From Nemertoderma westbladi (lineage: Eukaryota; Animalia; Xenacoelomorpha): DNA of 64,000 nt. The DNA is taken from positions 79,671-143,670 of the forward strand of contig JAUCBJ010005741.1 of the NCBI GenBank assembly GCA_032718475.1. Direction: 5' to 3'. Position numbers and translations under genes: made by a program. Under the pieces are notes generated by a model. The model ran no database searches. It saw only the letters and a program-made list of their open reading frames with translations, and was not told the DNA's origin. Below, piece by piece: positions 9,901 through 22,232 of the stretch. Positions within the stretch are counted from its first letter, which is position 1, and the number at the start of each line of letters is the position of its first letter.

Positions 9901-12402
9901 GTGCCGAATGCTACCACGGTAACCCGTGTGCCGACTGGTAACACGGTTACCTATGTGCCAACCGCTACCATGGTAACCTGTGTGCCGACCGCTACTGTGT
10001 GATGACTGCTACCACGGTAACCTATGTGCCGACTGCTACTGTGTGCCGACCGCTACCAGGGTAACCTGTGTGCCAACCGCTAGTGTGTGACGACTGCTAC
10101 TACGGTAACCTATGTGCCGACTGCTACTGTTTGCCGACCGAACCACGGTAACCCGTGTGCCGACCCACAACCCGTGTGCCGACCCACAGTAACCTGTGTG
10201 CCAACCGCAACCACGGTAACATGTGTGCGGACCGCTAGCTACATTGGTAACCCGTGTGCCGACCACCACGGTAACCCGTGTGCCGAATGCTACCACGGTA
10301 ACCCGTGTGCCGACTGGTAACACGGTTACCTATGTGCCAACCGCTACCATGGTAACCTGTGTGCCGACCGCTACTGTGTGCTGACTGCTACCACGGTAAC
10401 CTATGTGCCGACTGCTACTGTGTGCCGACCGCTACCATGGTAACCTGTGTGCCAACCGCTAGTGTGTGCCGACTGCTACTACGGTAACCTATGTGCCGAC
10501 CATTACTGTGTGCCAACCGCTACCATGGTAACCTGTGTGCCGACCGCTACGGAGTGCCGACCGCTACCATGGTAACCTGTGTGTTGACCACTACTGTGTG
10601 TAGACCGCTCCCACGGTAACTTGTGTGCCGACCGATGGTAAGCTGTGTGCCAACCGCTACCGCGTTAACCTGTGTGCTGACCGCTACCACAGTAACCCGT
10701 GTGCCGACCCACAGTAATCTGTGCGCCGACTGCTACCATTGTAACCTATGTGCCGACCGCTACTGTGTGCCAACCACTACCACGGTAACCTGTCTGCCGA
10801 CCACTCCTGAGTGCCGACCGCTACCATGGTAACCTGTGTGCCGACGACTATTGAGTGCCGACCGCTACCATGGTAACCTGTGTGTCGACCACTACTGTGT
10901 GCCGACTGCTACCACAGTAACCTGTGTGCCGATCGCTACTGTGTACGGACTGCTACCATGGTAACCTGTGTGCCGACCGCTACTGTGTGCCAACCACTAC
11001 CACGGTAACCTGTGTGCCGACAACTACTGAGTGCCGACCGCTACCATGGTAACCTGTGTGTCGACCACTACTGGGTGCCGACTGCTACCACGGTAACATG
11101 TCTGCCGACCACCCCTGAGTGCCGACCGCTACCATGGTAACCTGTGTGCCGACGACTATTGAGTGCCGACCGCTACCATGGTAACCTGTGTGTCGACCAC
11201 TACTGTGTGCCGACTGCTACCACGGTAACCTGTGTGCCGATCGCTACTGTGTACGGACTGCTACCATGGTAACCTGTGTGCCGACCGCTACTGTGTGCCA
11301 ACCACAACCACGGTAACCTGTGTGCCGACCACTACTGAGTGCCGACCGCTACCATGGTAACCTGTGTGTCGACCACTACTGGGTGCCGACTGCTACCACG
11401 GTAACCTGTGTGCCGACCGCTACTGTGTGCTGACTGCTACCACGGTAACCTATGTGCCGACTGCTACTGTGTGCCGACCGCTACCATGGTAACCTGTGTG
11501 CCAACCGCTAGTGTGTGCCGACTGCTACTACGGTAACCTATGTGCCGACCATTACTGTGTGCCAACCGCTACCATGGTAACCTGTGTGCCGACCGCTACG
11601 GAGTGCCGACCGCTCCATGGTAACCTGTGTGTTGACCACTACTGTGTGCAGACCGCTCCCACGGTAACTTGTGTGCCGACCGATGGTAAGCTGTGTGCCA
11701 ACCGCTACCACGTTAACCTGTGTGCTGACCGCTACCACAGTAACCCGTGTGCCGACCCACAGTAATCTGTGTGCCGACTGCTACCATTGTAACCTATGTG
11801 CCGACCGCTACTGTGTGCCAACCACTACCACGGTAACCTGTCTGCCGACCACTCCTGAGTGCCGACCGCTACCATGGTAACCTGTGTGCCGACGACTATT
11901 GAGTGCCGACCGCTACCATGGTAACCTGTGTGTCGACCACTACTGTGTGCCGACTGCTACCACGGTAACCTGTGTGCCGATCGCTACTGTGTACGGACTG
12001 CTACCATGGTAACCTGTGTGCCGACCGCTACTGTGTGCCAACCACTACCACGGTAACCTGTGTGCCGACCACTACTGAGTGCCGACCGCTACCATGGTAA
12101 CCTGTGTGTCGACCACTACTGGGTGCCGACTGCTACCACGGTAACCTGTGTGCCGATCGCTACTGTGTACCGACTGCTACCATGGTAACCTGTGTGCCGA
12201 CCGCTACTGTGTGCCAACCACTACCACGGTAACCTGTGTGCCGACCACTACTGAGTGCCGACCACTACCACGGTAACCTGTATGCCGACCGCAACTGTGT
12301 GCCGACCGCTACCACGGTAACCTATGTGCTGACCACTACCACAGTAACCTGTGTGCCGACCGCTACCATGGTAACCTATGTGCCGACTGCTACCACGGTA
12401 AC
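6960..12402. repeat. Complex minisatellite, ~27-bp core cacggtaacctgtgtgccgaccgctac with shorter variants and higher-order repeats
   Basis: Direct tandem repeats; near-identical blocks at 10448/11496 and 10623/11671 (1048-bp period). Confidence 0.95.
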
Positions 12403-12654
12403 CGTCAGCATGTTCTTATGTGTTATTTTGCCTGCTGCTTCTGTTATTTAATTCTGTGCTTTTATTTCTGTTTCACTTATGTCAGTTCGCTAATGTTAAA
12501 TTAAATTAATTGTTAGCTTGATTGTTTATTCTTTGTGCTAACCACAAAATTTTACCCCGTTCGGGGTGTATATTATATAACATTATTATTATCTGAAAAG
12601 CGGGAAAGGATGAGTTTTTATTTAACCTTCTATTTCCAAACCCTCCTTAAATCT

Positions 12655-14897
12655 GGGCAGGTGTAAAACGCGGATCCGGATCCGGATTCCAAAATTATCA
12701 ATTGGCTCATTCCATGAAAAGGTCAACCTCCCGACTAATTTCTAAAAATGAGATGTAGCTTTGAATTTATACTTATTTTAGGTCAAAATTTATCGTACTT
12801 CATGAATTCAGTGCTAAAAATTGTATCAACACAGGTGGTTTATCAAAAATAGTCGAATTACAAATTATGCACCTGCTCTGCACAAAATGTGAATAAAAGT
12901 GTGCAAAAGTTTCGTTTCCTGTAGGCACTTCCTATGACCAATAAATTAACATTTCTGAGCATGTACCAAATCAAAAACAAACCCATTTTCGAATTTTTTT
13001 GGTTTTATTTAATTTCACCAGTGTTTCGTTCCTCTGTAATGAAATCGATAAAGTTAATCTTGTGATGTCCCATACTTTACCTAAAATAGTGAAATTTTTA
13101 GTTTATTCACAGAGATGTAACTCAGCCTAATCACCCAGTGGAATGCAAAGCACGTTTGTGTTGCGTCATCGTATAAAACAATTAGTTTCATCTTCACTCC
13201 CTCAGAAATATCATGGCGGCCAATTGAAAATTGTCCCATACTTTACCATCAAAATGGCGATTATATTACTGCACTGTATTAATGTAATATGTGAAGCCAT
13301 GAGTGTTATAATACTCTAAGGTCATAGTCGGCCGTAAGAATAGGAGTCTATATTTGAACTAAGAATCATTCCTCAGTCAAGAAATCCTTGGGTTTATGCA
13401 TGTAAAGTCCCATACTTTACCAAAAATTAGTGAAATTTTTAATTTATACACAGAGAAGTAGTCTAACTCAGCCCAATCACCCAGTGGAATGCAAAGCACG
13501 TTTGTGTTGCGTCATCTTAAGAAACAATTACCTGTAGTTTCATAATCTACTCCCTCAGAAACATCATAACGGCCAATGGAAAATTGTCCCATACTTTACC
13601 ATTATAATGGCGATTACATTAGTGCACTGTATTAATGTAATATGTATATGAAACCTGGAGGGCAGGAGTGTTATAATGCTTTAGGGTGATACTGTAGTAG
13701 GGGGAAGCATAGAAGTATGTATTTGAACTAAGAATCATTCCTCAATTAACTAATCTTTGAGTTTATGCATGTAAAGTCCCGTACTTTACAACAAATTTCA
13801 AAGAATTTAGTTTTTTAGCAGATAAGAAGATCTGTAATGTACAGTAATTGATACATTTTCAGAAAAATGGAAAGAAATTCTAAACTTTTTACAGACTACA
13901 TACCAAGTTTGGTTATATTTCATCAATGATTGGCGGACTTATTTCGGTTTTTATCAAAATTTTGAAACTATCGGTACCAACAGACAGACTGTCTGATATG
14001 TGACCTTTGATTCCTTAAACTTCAGATTCTTTCCAAACTTTTGACAGACTTCATACGTACCAGGTTTGGTTTAATTTCATCTAAAAATGACCGAGATATA
14101 CAGTATTAGAGATCAAAAATTAGACAGATGACATACAACTCCTCAAGGGCACCCATATGCTAAGACTTCGGGTCAATTTGTGGGCCGCCCCACATTTTGT
14201 ATCCATATCTTGGTTGGAAATACTTAGTTGCACTTTATTATCACTAATTATCCAGAAATTACTGTTAGGTTTAGTGTAAGAGACCATTTTGACCACAAAA
14301 TTCGTACAGGTCCCGTACTTTACTTCGCAATGTCCCATACTTTACCACACAAACCACACTGTAAAAAATTAGCAATGCAGCAATTCGTCTTATATTTATA
14401 TTTTTATTTAAGCTTAATAATACAGCTTTATCCTAAACATCAACTCAACACCGTACCTGCGCACAATTCGCTAAATTTTAGAATTGAAATCATAAATTAA
14501 AAAATACAATTTCGTACGAATCCGTACTTTACCTTAATTGGACAAGCTGGCGTTTTCTCAAAAGTGACTAAGTCCCGCCATAAGCTTCGCGAAATCAAAG
14601 CTGATATTCGAAAGTTTTATCCAAGCACAATTTTGAGCACATATGTGCTGTGGATAACATTGTACAGGCAATCAAAGTTCAAAATTGTGTACGAATGTCC
14701 CGTACTTTACTTTGGAATGAGCCAATTAAGGGAAAGGAGCAGGTTACAGTGGCACGTTATTTTAATCAAAACAATAAACTAAAGTCAATAGAACAGGTTA
14801 TAGTTTCATTTTTGGGAGTTATAAAAATGTAAAAAAAAACGACTTCCATAGGGACAATGTTAAATGTAGAATCCGGATCCGCGTTTTACTCTGACCC
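12655..14897. mobile_element. Non-autonomous DNA transposon (MULE-like) with TIRs and 9-bp TSD
   Basis: Left gggcaggtgtaaaacgcggatccggat and right atccggatccgcgttttactctgaccc; flanking direct repeat cttaaatct at 12646-12654 and 14898-14906. Confidence 0.75.
12704..14723. mobile_element. Nested non-autonomous TIR element with AATT flanks and internal repeats
   Basis: aatt|ggctcattcca ... tggaatgagcc|aatt; about nine internal gtccc(a/g)tactttac motifs; ~345-bp internal duplication (13066/13407). Confidence 0.65.
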
Positions 14898-16261
14898 CTT
14901 AAATCTGAGCCAATTTGTATTGCAAATTTGTCGAGTCAACCTAAACTTTGTAAAAATAATTTTCTCAATGCGCCTGTTAGTTCTCAAAAAAAGACCTGTT
15001 CTCATTTGGCATAACAGCAAATCCAATATATTTTTATAGAATAGCAAAAATAATAATTAAGTAGTGTCTCAAAACATTAAAAACCATTAAAGACTATAAT
15101 TTTATACATTTTTATACAATTTTATTGTTCAAGAGGCCGTCTTTAATGTCCCATTTGGGAACACCGGTACTGAAAGAAATATTTTTATTGACGGATCTTA
15201 TTATTTTGATTTCAACCATAACCAACGTAGGGAGATACTTTGGTCGAAATTATATTTACTAATAGGCTTAATCATCAAGTCCGCGCAGCCAACACGCTCT
15301 AATACGTTCCATTATATCTATTATCACGTCCCGAGCCGAGTGAACAAACCTTAATGCGCTCCACTAATACGTTCCCATATAAGAATGTTCCCAAATGAGA
15401 CAACAGCTGGTCGTTTTTAATGCAACAGGACACAAATATATATTAGTTATGTGATTTTAAACACTTTTTAGAGTAATACATTGAGTCAAAACTCAATGTA
15501 ATATTTTACAATTTTCTCACCAGTGTTTCCAAATAGGAACATTAATTTTTAAAGGGGGTAATTTGGCACAAATGGTCATTTTTCAGAATTTTTTTCAAAT
15601 AATAATGTCATATTATTTAAAATCTAATTTAAATGCCGCCACTGGTTAGGTATATCAAATTTGTAAAGTTTTTCATCACTATTGTCTGCAAGTCTCAAAA
15701 TTAAAAAAAATTAAATTTGACATAATTTGGCATGCCAAAAGGGCAACTTAAAAACTTAAAGTTTTTAAAAACGTGAAGTTGAAAATATAAATTAATATTC
15801 CACTCTTCGTAAACATATTAACATAGAAAAAAAACAATATATATAATACTCACAGAAAAAATTGTTACGGACTCACACTTGAAATCGTTATGCACCCGTT
15901 ATTTTGTTGAGAAAAAAAAGAGCAACGACCATTGAATGTTTATTGTATTTATTCAATAAATATATTTATTGCTTATATACCTTTCGCTTTCACAATGTAC
16001 CTTAAGTATCACTATTAGATATATCTTTAGTAGTGTTCATATTTTGAGTAGGCATATTTGGTGTGTGTATAGTAGTGTATATTTAATATCCTATAAGTTC
16101 ATATGACCATAATTTGTTAAAATGACCAATTTCTAATTCTTTAACAACATAAATACCACGTTCACGGAAAATTTTTTATACTGGAAAATAGATTTTGAAC
16201 AGTATTTCGTTGTATTTATGTTTTACGATCACTACTACGGTATCACAGTACTTAAGTTATT

Positions 16262-16345
16262 CCACCTTGGCGTAGTTGGTTAAATCGGTGGCATTTAAAT
16301 CACATCTCTCCTTGGGTCGTGGGTTCGATCCCATCATGAGGGCTA
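16262..16345 (+). mobile_element. tRNA-derived SINE head (Pol III A and B boxes)
   Basis: A box TGGCGTAGTTGG at 16268 and B box GGTTCGATCC at 16322; no clean cloverleaf or acceptor stem. Confidence 0.6.
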
Positions 16346-18108
16346 GGGTAGTTTTCGTTTCGGCACGAATACTTTAAAGACCATAAAGGGACTTATTAGC
16401 CAGGGCGCATCTCTTCCTTCCGTAAATGGTAGCTAAATGAGAACTGGAGTTTCCTCTGGGGAATATAGGAGGGGACCGCACTGGAAATATACACTTTATT
16501 ATTGAGACTTTGTGCGTAATCCCAGGCCTAACTGACGATATGTTTTGTATCTCAATCCATCATTCGCTCATTCGTTTCATGAAATCTTGGCGAACTTCGA
16601 GTGTATCATACTATACCATCTTGGTCAGTAACTTCTGTCATCCGTGATATATGCCGTTTGGCCCTTTCGGCCCAGAAATGTGAGTATTAGACGTAAGAGA
16701 CAGGATTAAACGGGCGCAATGAGGAATGTCGTACATTAGGATGATGTATGAATGAATACGTTCGAATGTACTGTCGATGGACAATTGTCAGACTAAAAGG
16801 AGCTGAATACTTTCAGTTTACATAGTGAATAATGGATACAAAGCAGAATGATTCTTACCTAACCTACCGCGTGGTGAGTCCGTAACGAAATATTTGTGAG
16901 TCCGTAACGCTGTTCTTAAACGTTTCAGCTGCAATACAGACCATACTACTAGGATCGGCATGCTGCATTGCAGCTGCATTTTTAAGAATGCATACAGACC
17001 ATAGAGACCTAATGGATGGTTTTGATTGGTTGTAAACCCAAAGGAAAATGATTGTCAGTGCAATACACATGCGGGGTGTACTCCAAATTAAAACTTTAAG
17101 TACTTTTCGTTACGGACTCACATAATTATGTAGGCCAAATCTAAAATTTTTGAAACATTGAATACACAATGCTATTCTGTCAATATTCAAATTTTTATCA
17201 TCAATAAGCTTCTAATAAATGTTGAATTTTCGGTTGGTGTAATTACCTGTCTTAATCAGACAATTTCAATGGTACAGTAGTAAGATTATGTCAAAAATGA
17301 CATGTAATAATTTCTGCAAATTTGAAAATACGTAAAAATATTTTCTCATATTCAATAATGAAAAATCATTTGTTACCCTCAAATAAATTAAGAATCCGTC
17401 ACTTTTATTAAAAATTTATACCAAAATTATGGTGATTAGATGACTTTTTATTTTCGACATAAGTGTTACATAAATGGTGGAATTGCCCTAAACCGATTCA
17501 CCAAAATTGAACTCGGCCATTTCTATTCAGACCAGGAAATTAAATTTTTACTCAATTTTAGGAGGGAGGCGGGGAGGGGGGGGGGGTTATTATGCGTCGA
17601 CTCGACCCCGGTAGCCAATTTAAAGTTTAATGTTATTAAATGTAAAATTAAATCAATCCATTATTTAACTATTTGGCAATACGAATGTGTTGAGATACTG
17701 TATGTACGGATACAGAGACACGCGGTTATAAATCATTCCACTAAAATGAATATTGTAAGTCAGGAAATTTAAGGAAATTTCCGAGATATTTTTCCGGAAA
17801 TTTCCTATTTTATTAATTTAGTATACAAAGTTTACTTTTACAAAGGCTTAAATACAAAGGATACTGTACATGGCACAGTGTCGTGGTAAGACCACATCGT
17901 TTCTACCGCCGACTTTCATACCTCTATTAGTAATATTACTGTCCTACGGGATCTTGTTTATGATGAACATTCATGAGTTTAATTCAGACAATAAAAATAA
18001 TTATAAAATGCACGTTATACACATAAACGAATTCGCACGAATTACGACGGATCTAGGACACCTCCCCCCCCCCCCCGGGACACTTCCCACCCACATTTAC
18101 CCGTCTCA

Positions 18109-20183
18109 GTGACTGTATCTTTGCTGTTTAGTGCGTCTACACCAGGCAGTAGTAATAAGGTCACTTTTACCAATAACGCAAATTGGGATAAAGCCAGTGG
18201 TGAAAATATTTCAAAATATTCTCAAACTGTTGATGAACAACTACGTTTATTACAGTTACCCCTTACTGCTTTAACGTGTTGTGATATTCATTGTAAGAAT
18301 ATTAACCATAAAATGTCACTAAATTCGTGTTATACTGATACTATTAATATTCTACATAGCTGTACGGCTAAATTTATTCCTCAAAAAAGGGGTAATTCGG
18401 TCTCCAATTGCGTTCCTGGTTGGAATGAGTTTGTAAAAGAAAAGCGGGCTGCAGCGCAGGAGGCATTTCATATTTGGTGCGAACAAGGGCGGCCTAGATT
18501 TGGGCTTGTTTGGGAGGTAAAGAAAAAAACGGCCGCGCAATTTAAATTGGCTCTCCGAAATTGCAAACAGGAGGAAGGTGCTTTGCGAGCAGATCACCTA
18601 GCCGCTCCCGGCTATTAATTCAAGAAATGATTTTTGGAGTTCAATTAAAAAAAGCAACAACTACTAAAATTGGTTTAGCAACCTCTGTCGGTTCCGCCCA
18701 CACTGAGGAAGAAATCGCCGATTTGTTCAAGTCTAATTATTATGATATTTTTAATTCTGTCCCTGTATCTGAAATTCACTCTACATTTGTGAAGTGTAAG
18801 TTTTCTGAATGGGACGGCTCCAATAATGTCCACATCAATTCTTTTATAACTCATGGGTTTTTGCCTCAAACGTTAATTAATTCTAGTTTGTTGCCATTAT
18901 TAAAGATAAAAACGCTAGTATAAGCGAACGTTCGAATTACCGACCCATAGCCAAAGATACAGCTGGCTCAAAGGTATTGGAAACGTGTTTGCAAGGGCTC
19001 ATTGTCATGCATTCCAATATATCTGACAACCAGTTCGGTTTTGCAGAGGGCCTAGGTACAGAAGTGTGTATTTTTGCCTTAAAACAAACAGTTTACTTAT
19101 ACATTAGTAAAGACTCACCTGTGTATACTGCTTTCTTAGACGCCTCGAAAGCGTTTGACCGCGTTAATAATAGTAAACTTTTTCGAAAGCTAATTGAACT
19201 AGGTGTATCTATTGGTATTGTAAGACTCCTCGCCTTTTGGTATTCTCACCAACTAATTTGTATTAGCTGGGGTTCTGCTAATTCCGGTGCATTTTTGGTT
19301 TCAAATGGAGTCCGTCAAGGAAGTGTTGCATGTAAAGTTGGAAAGAGTCTTTTAAATCACATATTTTTACTCAGATGACCTTTGTTTACTGTCGCTGAGT
19401 ATCTTTGGGTTACGAGCACTAGTCAAGATATGTGAGCGTTACGGCGCTACATTTGATATTTTGTTCAATCCACTCAAATCACACTGTTTGTATTTTTTAC
19501 CTTATCGTTTTCACCGTGCAGGCGACATCTATCTCAATGGAAAAAAACCGTTAGACTGTGTTAAGCAGGTATCATTCTTGGGACACATTATAAGCTGTGA
19601 CCTTTCTGATGAAGCAGACATGAATAAAGTTAAATCTTTATTTTGTCGAGGTAATTTGTTAGTTAGAAATTTCTCTCGGTGTTCTCTTGGTGTTAAATTA
19701 TGTTTGTTCAAAACTTATTGCTACAGTTTATATTGCTGCTCTTTGTGGTCTATTTTCCGTGTACAAACTTTGCGACAAGTGAAAGTAGCCTATAACATGT
19801 GTTTTCGTCTGTTGTTTAAATACTCCCGTAGTGACGATGCAGACACAATTTTTGTTAATAATAGAGTAAATAACTTTAAGGCCATTATGCGCAGTTATAT
19901 TTTCCTTGTTAAACAGAGTAAATACTTCAGGTAATACGCTAATTGGTTTATAACAAATTTTTCAGTGAACTCTGTTCAAATTGATCGGTGGCACAAGGTG
20001 CTTGATCCAAGTTAAACGTAATTATTGTATTCGAAATACATTGTTGAATTTCCTTTATTTCTTATTTTGTGTAATTCTACTTTAATGTGCTGTATTTCTC
20101 TAATTTAGTTTAGTTTAGTACAGTCTTGTATGTACAATGGATCGTTTGTGTCCGAGATTATAAATAAAATAAAATAAATAAAA
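18109..20183 (+). mobile_element. 5'-truncated, degenerate non-LTR retrotransposon (LINE ORF2 reverse transcriptase; RTEX/L2-like)
   Basis: Frameshifted pieces with PGWNEFVK, NYRPIA, NQFGF, FLDASKAFDRV, GVRQG, YSDD (~19368) and FLGH; internal deletions; 3' (TAAAA)n tail at 20160-20183. Confidence 0.9.
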
Positions 20184-20519
20184 CTTTTAATAGTAAATAT
20201 TTACAGAAGTATCCCCCCATAAGGGGGATACCCCCCAGGAGAGTGTTTTTTAAACAGCTCCAACTTCGTGTTGTAGGTGAATAAAGCTGTTCTGTGGTGT
20301 TCAGCCAACAACGTGGGGAAGGCCAAAGAGCAACAAAAATGGATATTTTTACATTTATTATATCCCTCTAGCGGCGAGTGGCGGAATTAAATATTTCACT
20401 AAAAACACTAACGTGTCCCTTAATATTTACCCAATTTTTTTGAAACTAACTTTTTTGGACTCAGCAGCTTCATTTCTACAAAAATTATCCAGCCGATTTT
20501 TTAAATTATTAATTTTTAA

Positions 20520-20697
20520 GTAAATTAATTAAATTATTTAATTAAAGTTAATTAAATTATTTAATTAAAATTAATTAAATTATTTAATTAAAATTAATTA
20601 AATTATTTAATTAAAATTAATTAAATTATTTAATTAAAATTAATTAAATTATTTAATTAAAATTAATTAAATTATTTAATTAAAATTAATTAAATTT
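20520..20697. repeat. 23-bp AT-only tandem repeat (~8 copies)
   Basis: (aattaattaaattatttaattaa)n, nearly self-complementary. Confidence 0.9.
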
Positions 20698-21629
20698 ATA
20701 AAAATTTTCAATAATATTAAATAAAAAATTTTTATTTCAAAAAAGTGCTAGATAATTTGTCAAGATGTTCAAAAAAACTTTGAAACGAGCCATAAATTAT
20801 AGAATTTGGGTGAAAAACGGCAGAATAGTATTTTGAAAAATGGAAATATCGTGAAATGTAATTCCGAGATAATTTGCTTTAAAATTTGAACCTTCCCGCT
20901 CAAACTTTGTAGACTGTTAATCGGTCAGTAATGCTTGACACTATGGCAACATACCAATTTACTAAAATTATCAATATGTGGGGGTTTTTATGTTTTAATT
21001 TCAGTTTTCAGTTTTAATGTTTGGTGGTATCGAATATGTCTGTCTGACAGTTTGTCTATCTGTCTGCCTTCTAAATTTTGACGGACAAACTGATAGACGG
21101 AGAGACAGCGATAACTAGAGAACTAAGAAGGATCTCGCCAAACCGTTTTACGATTTGAACTCACCAATAAATTCTGCATCAGATGAAATAGAAAACCAAA
21201 AATGTGAACATTTTACACAAGGAGTAGTACACACCTTCCTTAATTGCATAAAATAGTAAATAATATGATTTAAACTACAATTGTGATTGTGACTTTGTGT
21301 TTTGTCAATTTAATTATAACTAGATGTTTTATATTGAAATCAATTTCGGAAATTAATACATTTTAAATTTTAACTATTTCACAATTTAATAGCTCCTGCT
21401 ATTAATAAATAAGAAAACACAAGTAGAGTAAACAGTATAAACATGTGATTCCTGATTAGTCATGTTGAGGTGGTTCATTGTCCTGGCTCCTGTTGACGTA
21501 ACTACGGGTGAAGTATACTTTTCCAAAATTTCCTTGAAAAACGTCAAATTTCCGGAAAACTCACATACCTAATTCCAACTGATCCACAGGATTATAAAAA
21601 CAAAAACAATTTCTTTATATCACTCGGTA

Positions 21630-21635
21630 TTTATT
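21630..21635 (-). terminator. Candidate polyadenylation signal of mask
   Basis: AATAAA on the minus strand about 600 nt after the stop, followed by a U/GU-rich tract (21595-21612). Confidence 0.45.
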
Positions 21636-22232
21636 AAATTTTAAAGAACAATAAGCCGCCAACCTTAATATTACCAATAAAGAAGAGTCAACACGTTGCG
21701 TGTTTAATACGAGAACAACAAACTAATCTACTAATATTATATTCTACTAAATTCTACCTAAACAACTACACCGCAATATTATCCCATAAGGAGACCTTAC
21801 ATCTTGCGTTCATCCAATATCTTATTCCAAAAACAATTTCTTTACGACACGACAAATAGTACCCCACTACCAATATTGATTCTTTCTACATTATTATGCG
21901 ACACTTACCTGACCTATAATATATCGTGAGTGGAGCTACGCGTAGCAGCAATATATATAATGTATAATAAACGGGCTAATTAAACCATAGAGGAGGGACT
22001 ACACCGAAAAAAGGTAAGGGATCAGCACCATAAGGCTGGGGGGGTCGCCATATTCCGAGGCGATGTGGGGTGTTCTCGAATTCGGTAATAATTCACCTAT
22101 AAATACTGTTACTAACAGTGTTAGTGGATGGAGAATAGAAAGAAAACAAACCTCAACACAAATCATCCAATACAATTAGGGTTATATAATATATATTAGT
22201 AATCCTGTTAGTGTCCGAGCCCAATAAATAGT

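Noticed and set aside
6960-12402. Cys-rich (CADRYHGNL) EGF/laminin-like or antifreeze-like protein
   Set aside because: Unit lengths are often not multiples of 3, frames break constantly, and there is no signal peptide or splice structure.
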